Source of the DNA: Eledone cirrhosa
Taxonomy: Eukaryota
Length of the DNA: 64,000 nt
NCBI GenBank assembly: GCA_964016885.1
Contig: OZ024757.1
Span: forward strand, 15,872,001 to 15,936,000
Reading direction: 5' to 3'
Under the pieces are notes generated by a model. That model saw nothing but the letters and a program-made list of their open reading frames with translations. It was not told the origin of the DNA and did not search any database. The position numbers and the translations under genes were made by a program. Of the stretch, positions 30,022-43,316 are shown piece by piece (position 1 is the first letter of the stretch; every line of letters begins with the position of its first letter).

Positions 30022-30067
30022 GGAGGAGGAGGAGGAGGAGGAGGAGGAGGATAATGATTGATAAAGC

Positions 30068-30103
<36 letters not shown>

Positions 30104-30195
30104 TAAAAATAAAAATAAAAATAAAATAATAACAATAACAATGATAATAATAATAATGATGATGATGATGATGATGATAATAATAATAATAAAAA
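29948..30195. repeat. Compound trinucleotide microsatellite (ATG)n(AGG)n(AAT)n
   Basis: Directly visible. Confidence 0.95.
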
Positions 30196-30941
30196 TCAAT
30201 AACCATTTAAGTCTTCAGAAAATTTCAGCTTATTCTCAATAAATTTCTTTTTTATTTAACTGTTTTATTTCTTAATTATATCTGGTGATCTACAATAAGA
30301 GATGATGATATCACAACCAAACATTATCGATCCGCCATGACTACGTTTATTTAAGTAGACGTTTTGTTTTGTTTTTGCTGTAATTCGAAGATAAATGTAA
30401 CAATATTTCTATTATAAATTTGTGGATTGGAGCTGTCTGGGTCGATGTAAGATTCACTTCACTGTCACTTCTTCATATTTCCTTCACTGAACAGAACTGT
30501 ATCCATGGTGAACACACATTTTGTCTTCTTCTTGTCATGTCCACAAGAGTGTCAGTTACAAAGCTTGGCTAGATGTGGTTCCGCCACAGCTGAACACATT
30601 GCTGTCCTTTCTCATTAAACTTTGCCAAGTCCAATGCTGTGCAGGGGTGTTCCAGCAGGAGGTGCTGCATAGTCTGTGGTTCGATGCCGCAGTCACACAC
30701 AACGTCCCTATCCTTTAAATATCCCCATTTTGCAAGATTGACTTAATCCACAAGAGCGCCAGTTACAAAGCTTGGCTAGATGTGGTTCCGCCACAGCTGA
30801 ACACATTATTCTCTCCTCTCTCATTAAACTCTGTCAAGTCCAATGCTGTGAACGGGTGTTCCAGTAGGGGGAATATCAGGAGAAGCTGCATAGTCTGTGG
30901 CGCGATGACGCCGTCACATACAACATCCCTATCCTTTAAAT

Positions 30942-31221
30942 CAGTCATGGGCAACCTGCGGCCCGCAAAGCTTTCTGAATGGCTCGCCTAAGTCACCTAA
31001 GTAAAATCGTTCTGATTTTTTTACCCTCACTTTTCAGTCGTAATTTATCTTTCAATCATTTTTACGATCGTGTACGAATTCTGAAGAAACAAATCAAAAC
31101 AACCTGAGTTACCGCCACTTTTTTTAGTGTGGGCACGAATGTAAATTAGCACTTGCGGCCCGCCTGATGATGAGGCACATCTGATGCGGCCCGCTTCTCG
31201 AAAAAAGGTTGCCCATGCCTG
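30942..31221. mobile_element. hAT-type MITE
   Basis: TIRs CAGTCATGGGCAACCT and AGGTTGCCCATGCCTG; 8-bp TSD CTTTAAAT/CTTTACAT; empty site present in the upstream duplicate. Confidence 0.9.
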
Positions 31222-31764
31222 CTTTACATATCCCCATTTTACAAGATTGACTTTTACACGTCCAACACCAGATGTTAGTCTGTTGAGACATTTCCACACT
31301 GCATACATAGTTTGTATCTGCTCCGAAGCGTTGTATCTTTGTCATGCTCGCTCACTATATCTATATCGTCGATATAGGCATGGCTGAGTGGTTAAGAGGT
31401 TCGCTTCGCAACCAAGAGCTCTCGTGTTCGACCCCATTGATTGGTATCTTCGTCGGCAAATGTCCTTACGTTAGCTCCAGGTCGACCCAAGCATTGTGAG
31501 TAATATTTGGTAGAGGGAAACTCTATAAAAGCCCATCAGATGGATTGTGAATGTAATCTGAACGTCCGACCTTCTCATATTGTCTCATGATTGGCCGATT
31601 TGAGAAATATCTGACGTGAATACATACGGGTCTGTGGAATACACAACCACTTACATGTTATTTCCCAAGTTGATCAAACAACTCAATGTTCATCGTTGAA
31701 AGCGACGGAAAAAAACCTCCAGAAAATCTGAGAAGAGAGAACTCTATTGATAATTTTGAAAATA

Positions 31765-31981
31765 ATGGTTTCTTATATAGGCAGAAGGCCAGCAATTTTG
31801 GGGGAGGAGAAAGTCGATTAAATCGACCTGAGCGCGTGACTGATACTTTATTTTATCGACCCCGTAATGATGAAAGGCAAAGTTAACCTCGGCGGGATTT
31901 GAACTCAGATCATTAAGGGTCGCAACTCTATGCTGCAAAACAAGGGTCTGACGCTCTATCGATACTGGCAATCCACCGCCC
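31765..31981 (-). mobile_element. SINE family S variant
   Basis: Head and core match family S; the 3' part differs. Confidence 0.75.
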
Positions 31982-32014
31982 TATTATAGGTTAATTTTGA
32001 AAATAATAAAGTTC

Positions 32015-32230
32015 CTTTCGATGTTAAACCGTTTGAACCCGAGTAAAACCCTTTCATAGTAAACCGCTTGAAGTCAGTTTAAAACTTTTGATATCAAAAG
32101 CTTTAAAGCCGGTTTAAAACATTCGTGATTAAACTGCTTCTTGTCGGATTAAGCCATTTGAAACCAAACCACTTGAAACCGATTTAAACCTTTCGTTACC
32201 AAACTATTTGAAGATAGTTTAATATCTTTT
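32015..32230. repeat. Diverged ~30-bp tandem repeat
   Basis: Recurring AAACCGCTTGAAGCCGGTTTAAAAC-like unit. Confidence 0.6.
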
Positions 32231-32424
32231 CAACTAACAATCCAATCGAAGCCGCCCCTGATTCTAAGTTAAAGATATGTTTGTTTTAACGTATTTATAT
32301 TAAACTAAAAAAAAAAACTTCCATTATAATTTCATGTTAACACCATTAAGGTATTTCAACTTACACGCTAATAACGAGAAAGTCACAAAATCTCTCTTCG
32401 GTATTTCAAATATTAATATAAAAA

Positions 32425-32613
32425 TAATTGTTTATACTTTTTGGCACAAGACCAGAAATTATCCCAGTGCATTACTGGTACTTTATTTTATCGACCCCGT
32501 AAGGATGAAAGGCAAAGTTAACCTCGGCAGGATTTGAACTCAGATCAGAAAGGGGCGTAACTCTGTGCTGCAAAGGATGTTGTCCGACCCTCTACCGGTA
32601 CTGCCAAACCACC
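32425..32613 (-). mobile_element. SINE family S copy
   Basis: Matches family core and head. Confidence 0.8.
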
Positions 32614-32656
32614 ATCATTAATAAAAAATAATGCTTTTTTATTAGAAACGTTTAGG

Positions 32657-32701
<45 letters not shown>

Positions 32702-32834
32702 TACACACACACACATATATATATATACATGTATAGATATATATATACATATATATATATATATACATGCATAGATATATATACATATATATATATACAT
32801 ATATATACACATATATATACACATATATATACAC

Positions 32835-32917
<83 letters not shown>

Positions 32918-32939
32918 CACATATATATATATACATGTA

Positions 32940-32970
<31 letters not shown>

Positions 32971-33127
32971 GTGTATATATATATATGTATATATGTGTGT
33001 ATATATATATGTATATATGTATATGTATATATATACATGTATATATATATATATATGTGTATATATATATATATATATATACATGTATATATATATATAT
33101 ATATATATGTGTGTATATATATATGTG

Positions 33128-33191
<64 letters not shown>

Positions 33192-33257
33192 TATATGTAT
33201 ATAAGTATATATGTATATGTATATATGTATATATGTATATATATATACATATACATA

Positions 33258-33288
<31 letters not shown>

Positions 33289-33303
33289 ATATATATATAT
33301 ATA

Positions 33304-33351
<48 letters not shown>

Positions 33352-33384
33352 TACATATATATATATATACACATATATATATAT

Positions 33385-33423
<39 letters not shown>

Positions 33424-33428
33424 TATAT

Positions 33429-33467
<39 letters not shown>

Positions 33468-33609
33468 TACATATATATATACACATATATATACACATAT
33501 ATATATATATACATATATATTTCATTTCATTTCATTTGAGTTTGAGTCCATTCTCAGGCCAAGTCGAAGACTCCACCCACATATATACATATATATATAT
33601 ACACACATT

Positions 33610-33663
<54 letters not shown>

Positions 33664-34252
33664 TACATACCTACACGCATACATATGAAAGCACACTCAA
33701 ACACACCCACACATATAAACACACACACATATATATACACATATATATACATACAACATGGCCACGATGTAAGAACGTGAATAAAGCTAATTACACCACA
33801 TTCTATTTTCAAACGTTGATTATGACGTCGTTGTTTTTCAGTAAATTACTGTGATCACCTGATCGGAACCAGTTCTCGTACTCATACATATATTTGTATC
33901 TGCCTCTATATATACACACACACACGCGCGTATGTATGTATGTATGTATGTATGTATGTATGTATGTATGTATGTATGTATGTATGTATGTATGTATGTA
34001 TGTATGTGTGTATTTATGAAGGCGTGTGGCTGAGCGGTTAGAGATTTGGATTCGCAATCAAAAGGTTGTGAGTTCGATTCCTGGACCAGGCAATGCGTTA
34101 TGTCCTTGAGCAAGACACTTTATTTCACGTTGCTCCTTCTACCTGGAGTTGCGACCGATAGATAGTATTAGCAATTGGAAAGACCAACGGAAACATTGTT
34201 TCCTCGGTCCGATTTGACGAAAGTCGATCGTTCCTTAAATATATATATATAT

Positions 34253-34299
<47 letters not shown>

Positions 34300-34381
34300 T
34301 ATATATATATATATATACACACACACATATATATATATATTTATTAAAATAACATTTTAATATTATTACTATTATTATTAT

Positions 34382-34439
<58 letters not shown>

Positions 34440-34791
34440 AGATAAATCTACCAAAAGTTTACGGTAGTGTCCAATCCGTATGAAGAACTCAATGTAATCC
34501 GGATATCATGAAAAGAAGAGATGCATTCAAAAATCACTTTCGGTGAAAGATAAACGGAAAACAGAGTCAAGATAAATTATTAAAAAAATAATGAATAAAC
34601 AAAGAAACAGTTCCTTATATTAAACAAAAAAAGTTCATTATTTTACGATCGTTTCTAGGACATATATGTGTTAGAATTGGTATGCATATTCAAAAGATCT
34701 ATGTACAAAATTATACAAACTATCAGAGAGAATATACATACCCGAGAGAATATACCTGAGAGAATATATATACCAGAGAGAATATACATAC

Positions 34792-36873
34792 ATTGAAAAT
34801 TACAATGAGTTCATATATAAAGAACTCAGGAAAAATTATAGAAAAACAAATAATGCGTCACTCACCAACATCAACAACAAAACACACAACATAGTGAATA
34901 AACTAAATATTGAAGATAGAACTGAACCTTTGGCATTGAAAAGACCACACTTCAACCTGAAAGATCATAAATCAAACTTTAACTCTAATCCTTCTATAAG
35001 ACTTATATGTCCCTCCAAATCAGATATTGGAATAATTAGCAAAAAATTTTTAGATAGAGTCATCCCACAAATAAGAAAACATGTTAATTTACCACTCTGG
35101 GAAAACACTTCCCAGGTAATTAACTGGTTTAATAATATTAGATGTAAATCTTCTGCCTCATTTCTACAATTTGATATAGATAATTACTATTCTTCTATAT
35201 CACCTATACTCCTGAACAAAGCTTTGCTATTTGCTAAAAATAGATCTAACTTAACTTTGGATGACATTAATATTATTACACATGCTAGACTAACACTTAT
35301 TCAATTTCAGAATGAATACTGGACCAGAAATACATATAGTAATCTATTTGATATTACTATGGGCTCAAGCGATTCTGCCCAAATTACTGATCTTGTGGGC
35401 CTCTTTCTTCTTTTTAACATAAATGCTTCCTTTCCCCACCTTAAAGGTGGTTTATATCGTGATGACTGTCTTCTTCTTTCCAACAACCTTAGCCTCTCAG
35501 AAATAGAAAAAAACAAAAAGCTTATTAGAACTTTCCTTAAAGACTATTATAGTCTAGATATTACTTTTGAAAACACAAGTAAAGTAGTTAATTTCCTAGA
35601 TATAACTTTAGACTTGGCTACGGGTATCTACCAACCTTACCATAAACCCAACCAAAACTTACACTACATACACTCACAATATAATCACCGTAAATCTATC
35701 CTTAAAAACCTTGCATATAATATATCACTTAGAATTTCTAACCTTTCGTCTAACCAAGATGTATTTGATAAAAATGCGACCTTCTATAACGAAGCTCTAG
35801 CTAGAAGTGGCCACAAAAATAGATTGGAATATATACCTTCTACCAATAACACTATAAACATACAACCTAATATTACCAACAAACACCAAATGAAACGTAC
35901 ACACCTAAATGCCACTCACACTATACCCCAAAATACCAACATAAAACCAAATCTCTCTAACTCCTCTAATATAAAGTATAGTAACTCTCAAAAAACTACT
36001 CATAATACAACTCTAATAAATGTTAATAATAAAACTCCTAATAAACAAGCTAAAACACCTAAATCAATAAATCTGACTAAAAACGTGCGTGGAGAAGTCA
36101 TTAACAATAATCCTCCTAGTAAACATCATGATGCATCCTATAAAAACAATAAACAACATAGAAACCGTAATAGACGAGTTACTTGGTATAATGCTCCATT
36201 TAATTTACAAATTAAGGATAATATACCTAAAAAAAATTTTAATATCCTAGAGAAAAACTTCCCGCCAAACTACAAATACCATCAAATCTTAAATAGATCA
36301 ACAGTTAAATTCTCATACTCAACAACCAAAAACATAAAACAAAATATAAGTGCCTATAATGCATATAAATGTAAAAAAACCATAAGTATACCACCAGTAC
36401 ATCAAACTAGCCATAATATCTCCTCAAATACAGAAATAACGAAAGGTTGTAATTGTAGAAACAAGGCAAACTTCCCATTAAAAGGAAATTGTCTTGTTAA
36501 CAACATAGTATATAAATGTAAAGTTAAAACTAAGGATTCTATTTGCTCATATATAGGAGCTACTTCTAACAATTTTAAGGTAAGATTTAATACCCACAAA
36601 CATAGTTTTAAAAATGCCGCACTGGCTAATACAACATCTCTAGCAGAAAAAATTAATAGTTATAGAAATAGGAATATAGAATATGATATGACCTGGAGTG
36701 TGCTCAAAAGAGCCACCCCTTATCAAAATAATAGAAATGAATGTAAATTGTGTTCCCAAGAACTATTTGAAATAATGAAATCTAAGGATATCCTATTAAA
36801 TAAGCGACAGGAATTAATAATATCGTGTAATCATAAACTGAGAAAAACATTTAAATATTATAAACCTGATTAA
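34792..36873 (+). CDS. PLE reverse transcriptase + GIY-YIG endonuclease (N-terminally truncated)
   Basis: RT motifs FDIDNYYSSI, ITMGS, YRDD and FLD; linker CNC..PLKGNCL; nuclease IVY..YIG..R..H, CKLC..E, LN. The frame is open from 34792, upstream of the listed GTG start. Confidence 0.9.
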   Translation: MENYNEFIYKELRKNYRKTNNASLTNINNKTHNIVNKLNIEDRTEPLALKRPHFNLKDHKSNFNSNPSIRLICPSKSDIGIISKKFLDRVIPQIRKHVNLPLWENTSQVINWFNNIRCKSSASFLQFDIDNYYSSISPILLNKALLFAKNRSNLTLDDINIITHARLTLIQFQNEYWTRNTYSNLFDITMGSSDSAQITDLVGLFLLFNINASFPHLKGGLYRDDCLLLSNNLSLSEIEKNKKLIRTFLKDYYSLDITFENTSKVVNFLDITLDLATGIYQPYHKPNQNLHYIHSQYNHRKSILKNLAYNISLRISNLSSNQDVFDKNATFYNEALARSGHKNRLEYIPSTNNTINIQPNITNKHQMKRTHLNATHTIPQNTNIKPNLSNSSNIKYSNSQKTTHNTTLINVNNKTPNKQAKTPKSINLTKNVRGEVINNNPPSKHHDASYKNNKQHRNRNRRVTWYNAPFNLQIKDNIPKKNFNILEKNFPPNYKYHQILNRSTVKFSYSTTKNIKQNISAYNAYKCKKTISIPPVHQTSHNISSNTEITKGCNCRNKANFPLKGNCLVNNIVYKCKVKTKDSICSYIGATSNNFKVRFNTHKHSFKNAALANTTSLAEKINSYRNRNIEYDMTWSVLKRATPYQNNRNECKLCSQELFEIMKSKDILLNKRQELIISCNHKLRKTFKYYKPD

Positions 36874-37800
36874 TAATAATATATATTTTAGAAATTAATA
36901 TATAAATTAATTTTAATGTAGTTAACCTATAATTTTAATTTAATTAAAATTCTACTACAGATGAAATTAAAAAATATCGTATAATCATAAACTGAGAAAA
37001 ACATTTAAATATTATTAACCTAATTAATATATACTTTGGAAATTAATATATAGATTAATTTTAGTTTATTTAACCTATTATTAAAATTCTTTTACAGATG
37101 AAATACAACAAAATATCGTGTAATTAAAAACGGAGAAATACTGTTTAATATTATAAACCTAATTAATATACAATTTAGAAATTAATATATAAACTAATTT
37201 TAATTTAGTTAACATATAATTTTAATTTAGTTAACTTATAATTAAAATTCTAATACAGATGAAATGCAAAATATCGTGTAATCATAAACTGAGAAAAACT
37301 TTTAAATATATACCTAATTAATATACACTTTACAAATTAATATATAGATTAATTTTAATTTAGTTAACCTATAATTAAAATTCTACTATAGATAAAATAC
37401 AAAATTTTGCTTTAATTATTATAAACCTAATTAACATATACTATAGAAATTAATATATAATTTTTAATTTAGTTAACCTATAAATAATAATCTACAACCG
37501 ATAAAATAATTAATTTGGCTTTCCCTCTTACAAAATTCATTTCCTAAAATTGATACCATCATGTAAATATATGTAATTATTTTTAATTTAGTTATGCTAT
37601 AATTAATACTCTACTACTGTTTAACTTCAATATTCTGCTTTAAATATTATAAACCTAATTAGTATACACCTTAGAAATTAATATATTTACTATTTTTATT
37701 TTAGTTAACCTATAATTAATATTCTACTTATATTAAAATACATAATTTAGCCTTCCTTCTTACAAATACCATTTCCTAAAACTGATACCACTAAGTAAAC
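36820..37800. repeat. AT-rich ~120-150 bp tandem repeats in the PLE1 3' region
   Basis: Repeats of 'atcgtgtaatcataaactgagaaaaacatttaaatatta..', the first copy overlapping the ORF end. Confidence 0.8.
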
Positions 37801-38204
37801 ACTTATAATGATTTAACGGCAGTTTAGTATTCTATGTTCCTTGAAACCTATATATTTACTATTTCCCACTAATAAATTTAATCCCCCCCCCCCCAATAAT
37901 TATATGTATTTGTAAGCGTGGATGTATGTATGTGTATGTAAGTGTGTATGTATGTTTGTGTGTTTGTATGTGAGTATAAAAATACATATGTGCGCATGTA
38001 TATGTATATATATGTATATATTTATTTATATATATATGTGTATGTATATATGTGTATGTATGTGTATGTGTAGAGATGTGTGTATGTATGTGTATATATG
38101 TGTATATGTGTCTGACTGTGTATATATGTGTGTGTATGTCTGAGTGTGTGTGTGTGTGGTTGTGTATATATACATGAGTATGTGTGTGTATATATATATA
38201 TATA

Positions 38205-38265
<61 letters not shown>

Positions 38266-38711
38266 GTGTATATTTATATGTATGGGTATATGTTTTACTT
38301 ATTTTTATGTGTGTGCAAGTATGTGTATGTGTCTGTGTGTACGTATGTATGTATCGAACATATGGATGTATAAATGTGCGTGTGTATATAAGCATGTATA
38401 TTTTATGTCTCTCTTTTATGTTTTTTTTATATTTCTTTTGTGAGACATGCGTGTCTGTATGTGTACGTACCCCCCCCCCCCCCTTTTGTCTTTTTTTGTC
38501 TTCTTTTTGTGAGTTTTTCCTTCTATAAAAAAATTTTTTTATTTCTAATCTATTGATACACTTTTATAAGTATGTCGAGATTGACACTTTCCTTTAATTA
38601 CTATACTCCCTTACCTCTTTTACTTCCGCATCTAAATGTAAGTGTGTGTGGGCGTGTTTATGTGAGCGCCTCAATATCCATATATTTATAATAATAATAT
38701 ATGTGTATGTG

Positions 38712-38742
<31 letters not shown>

Positions 38743-39023
38743 GTGTGTGTATGTATATATATATATATATTCTGTCTGTTGATTATAGACATACAGATAC
38801 ATTAGCCCTAAATTTTTATATTTACATACACTTTTTCTATATACATATGAGCATACACTTTTATGCACATCTGTGAGCATATTTACATACATATACACAC
38901 ACCTAACTGTATATTTTTGATAAATTTTTATGTATCTCAATCCTTATTTCATTGGTCTATTCAAAATCTGTTCCCAAACAGACCTATTACTTTGAATTGT
39001 TGTTATTATCAATAAACAAGCAT

Positions 39024-39162
39024 CATTATTTCTGAAGACAGCATATATATGTGAAGGTATGTATATTCTCTCTGATAGTTTGTATAATTTTGTACATAGA
39101 TCTTTTGAATATGCATACCAATTCTAACACATATATGTCCTAGAAACGATCGTAAAATAATG
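39024..39162 (+). ncRNA. Minimal type I HHR motif with ~104-nt stem II region
   Basis: CATTATTT-CTGAAGA-[104 nt]-GAAA-CGATCG-TA-AAATAATG; 8-bp stem I; internal pairing GGTATGTATATTC/GAATATGCATACC. Confidence 0.7.
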
Positions 39163-39325
39163 AACATTTTTTGTTTAATATAAGGAACTGTTTCTTTGTT
39201 TATTCATTATTTTTTTTATAATTTATATATATATATATATATGTATATGTGGAGGGGGTGCATACGCGCATATTTAGATATACATATATGTATATATGCG
39301 GGCGTGTTTCAATACACACACACAG

Positions 39326-39372
<47 letters not shown>

Positions 39373-39870
39373 CAGCATCACAAGACATATACACGTGTAT
39401 GTGCAATTACCACGATGCACTTCAGTCACTAAGTTGACAGATGAAAGAAGCTCTGTGACTATTTCACTGATCGGAATCTATGACGTTGAAATTTAAAATG
39501 AATTAGAAATTTGATAGAAAACTGAAGAAAAAAAAACACTCAGTGAGGAATGGAGGAAAAAGAAATATTTCAGATAAACTTCCTATTTATCTTTGAGTTT
39601 TTGTAAAAAGCTTTCCTGGCTTACATCTTCACTACTTTATTTGGATTCGTTTTGTTCTGTTTAAGATTAAAAAAATATTTGTCACTATTATTGTTCTTAA
39701 CTTTTTGAACATGATAAAAAGAAATTTCTAGATTTGTTTTATTTGTTGCCAAAAGTCAACAAGTTTATTCTTTTAGGAATGTAGTGAAAATTATGGAAAA
39801 ATTTACAATAAATCGTTGAACAAAACAAGAAATTATACAAACTCTCTTTCTCTCTCACACAGACACATAC

Positions 39871-39929
<59 letters not shown>

Positions 39930-39964
39930 TATGTGTGAATAAATATGTGTAAATGTATATGTAA

Positions 39965-40012
<48 letters not shown>

Positions 40013-40077
40013 GTATGTGTATAGATATAATTGTATATGTATATATATATATATGTATATATATACATGTTTGTATA

Positions 40078-40114
<37 letters not shown>

Positions 40115-40123
40115 GTTTGTATA

Positions 40124-40161
<38 letters not shown>

Positions 40162-40175
40162 TATAGATATATATA

Positions 40176-40543
40176 TACGATATTAATAAACGGAAACTAT
40201 ATTTATAAAACCATATTTATTTCATTATACATATTTCAGGGATACCAAATTAAATTATGGTATGCCTTCATCAGACAAAATACAATATATAACAGTTTTA
40301 CAAATAAGCTTTGCCGTCAAATCTTAATTGTAAAACTGTTATATATTGTATTTTGTCTGATGAAGGCATACCATAATTTAATTTGGTATCCCTGAAATAT
40401 GTATAATGAAATAAATATGGTTTTATAAATATAGTTTCCATTTATTAATATCGTATATCTACTCCAAATACTTGTCGAGTGCTTTATATCAGTTATAAAA
40501 ATATTTACTTGTTGTATCCCAACAATTTTAAATAGAACTTTTG
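40176..40543 (+). mobile_element. Fold-back insertion, family B
   Basis: Arms of about 130 bp around a short spacer (~40304-40326), tail on the right. Confidence 0.8.
40349..40413 (+). ncRNA. Minimal type I HHR motif
   Basis: TATTTTGT-CTGATGA-AGGcATACCA..TGGTATcCCT-GAAA-TATGTA-TA-ATGAAATA. Confidence 0.75.
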
Positions 40544-40574
<31 letters not shown>

Positions 40575-40655
40575 GTCTATATGTATATATATATATATAA
40601 ATATATATACGAATGTATGCATATACATACATATATTATGTGTGTATATATGCAT

Positions 40656-40731
<76 letters not shown>

Positions 40732-41006
40732 GTGTGTATATATATATGTATATTAGACGTTTATATGAAAACATATAAACATATATATTAAGCACATATA
40801 CAATAAACATTTGAGTAGCTTCGGTACTAAAGAAAAAAAAACATTTTTTCGAAACGAAACAACGAAAATAATTGTAATTTTCTCTGTTTTCCTCAGTGAG
40901 TATATCAGATTTATCTAGTTGCTAGTATGTTCCAAGTAACAGTTGTTTCATAATTTGTTAATTTCTCATCAGTGACACTCACACAGAACATACTAGCAAG
41001 AAATAG

Positions 41007-41034
<28 letters not shown>

Positions 41035-41038
<4 letters not shown>

Positions 41039-41371
41039 TTGACAGGTTTTTGATATGAAATCGTGTGTCGAAACAAATATTGTTATTCAGATTAAATAAA
41101 GATGGCGTAGATATACAATACAACAGGAGGAAGATAATAGCACCATTGACGATGTTGCAGATGTGCGACGAAAGAATTTTGTTAGACTATATATATGTGT
41201 TTGTGTCTATATTATATCTCTACTTTTGACTGTTGGTCAGTCAATGGTAAACATTGAGGACAGAATGAATTAACTGATATAAAAGATACGGAAGGGAAAA
41301 CCAACCAAACAGTGAGGGTGTTCTGTTATTAATTCTGCCAATATTATTACAATATGACCCTCCCCAAGTAT

Positions 41372-41380
<9 letters not shown>
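41035..41380. mobile_element. Family C insertion (diverged PLE2 3' end)
   Basis: Matches PLE2 termini (gaaatcgtgtgtcgaaaca; atatgaccctcccc). Other relatives at 25581-25695 and 50988-51190. Confidence 0.75.
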
Positions 41381-41416
<36 letters not shown>

Positions 41417-41714
41417 AAGATGCAAAAACTTACTACAACACTTAATTTTAAATCTTCAATTTTTGTTTTTTAATCCTTATTAATTCTTTTTAATTGTAAT
41501 ACTCAACATTTAATAAGATGAATTTTACTAATGCATCGAAACCAGTAATACTTTATATACATTATATACATTATAAAACTCTTTTTTTTTTTTAGAATTG
41601 TCCCTCTCATTTTTTTCAATAATGCCACTTTGACGAATCAAAGAAAAGGGGAAAAAAAAAGAAAAACAGATCCTTAAATATATTTTCAGTGCTATTTCCA
41701 ATCTCACGTTTTCC

Positions 41715-41750
<36 letters not shown>

Positions 41751-42122
41751 ATATAGTTATTTCAGGCTAAAGAAGATACCACACATTCATTGACTTTCGA
41801 TAAATATTGCCTTGGACAAGAGGCGTTGATTTCTGATGATCTCTTTAGAATGTAATAGTTCTAATCCTCTAGAGGCCATTTCGATATTAAAGAATGTGTT
41901 TACACACTACTATTGTATTGAGTTACTTACTAATTGGGGTTACCTCCGATTGTATCCGGGGCTCATATATATCTATATCTACATCTAGATCGTTCATCAG
42001 ATGAAATATCTATGTTATGGATATAAGATATGAAATTAAAATCTATTACAAATGAAAGTGAGGCCGAATTAAAATTACGGAAAAAATACGCACAGAATCT
42101 TTCTTTTTCAATTTCTACGGAA

Positions 42123-42172
<50 letters not shown>

Positions 42173-42316
42173 TATTTTGCGTTGTCAGGCTTATACTCCC
42201 AAAAATGACAGTTTTTTCATTTAAATTTAATATGTAATATTGCTACTCTGTTCGATATTTCACCTATATATTTTATCCATTGATTAAGATGTTTGAGCAT
42301 AAGAGAGTGATTAATA

Positions 42317-42375
<59 letters not shown>

Positions 42376-42438
42376 ATGATATATATATATATATATATAT
42401 ATATATCAATGATATATATATCTATCTATATATCAATG

Positions 42439-42470
<32 letters not shown>

Positions 42471-42473
<3 letters not shown>

Positions 42474-42720
42474 TTGGTAAACGGAATAGAAAATGCTGAC
42501 AAATTGTTCAGAGTTGAAAAATGGTTTAATTAGGAATAAAAGAGTATTAGTGATTGTATGGGTTAGTATTCAGTTGTGGTTTTGAATACTAACCCATACA
42601 ATCACTAATACTCTTTTATTCCTAATTAAACCATTTTTCAACTGTGAACAATTTGTCAGCATTTTCTATTCCGTTTACCAATATATAATAACTTGTGTGT
42701 TACACCTCTATTCTTTTAAC
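42471..42720 (+). mobile_element. Fold-back insertion (single-copy family)
   Basis: Arms of about 100 bp, 10-nt spacer, ~35-nt tail, in (TA)n. Confidence 0.7.
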
Positions 42721-43316
42721 TATATATATATATATATAGCGGCGATGAATTAGTTTTGCGAGGTTTTTTATATGAAATCGTGTGTCGAAACAGATATTGT
42801 TATATTTGGGGAGGGTCATATTTGCGTAATATTGCCAGAATTAATAACAGAACACACTCACTGTTTGGTTGGTTTTCGCTTCTCGCTGTCTTTTATATAT
42901 ATATATCTGCGATCTAACTTACTCGGTCCTCAATGTTGCCATTGACTGACCGGCGGTCAAAAATAATACAGATACAATATAGACACAAACACATATATAT
43001 AGTTTACATAATTTACATAAATCTTTCGTTGCACATCTGCAACATCGTCAGTGGTGTTATATTCATTGTTCCTCCTGTTGTGTTGTATGTCTACGCCATT
43101 TTTTTTTTTTGTTCAGTCTGTCTATATATTTATTTATTTATTTGCTTGTTTGTTTATCTTATTTTATTTTGTCTTCTTTGCGCATGCGTTTGCGTGTGTG
43201 TATAGTGTGATGTGTGACTAGTGTGTATAGTGTTGTGTCTGCTGGGTGACTAGTGTGTGTTTATGTGCTTGTGTATGTATTTATTTATCTTATTTTATTT
43301 TATTTTATTTACTTAT

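Larger units (their letters stand above)
34437..39225 (+). mobile_element. Penelope-like element 1, 5'-truncated, with inverted pseudo-LTR
   Basis: About 34573-34742 is the reverse complement of about 39056-39225; encloses an RT/GIY-YIG ORF; flanked by (TA)n. Confidence 0.9.

Noticed and set aside
29883-30242. Poly-M/R/N protein
   Set aside because: Compound trinucleotide microsatellite.
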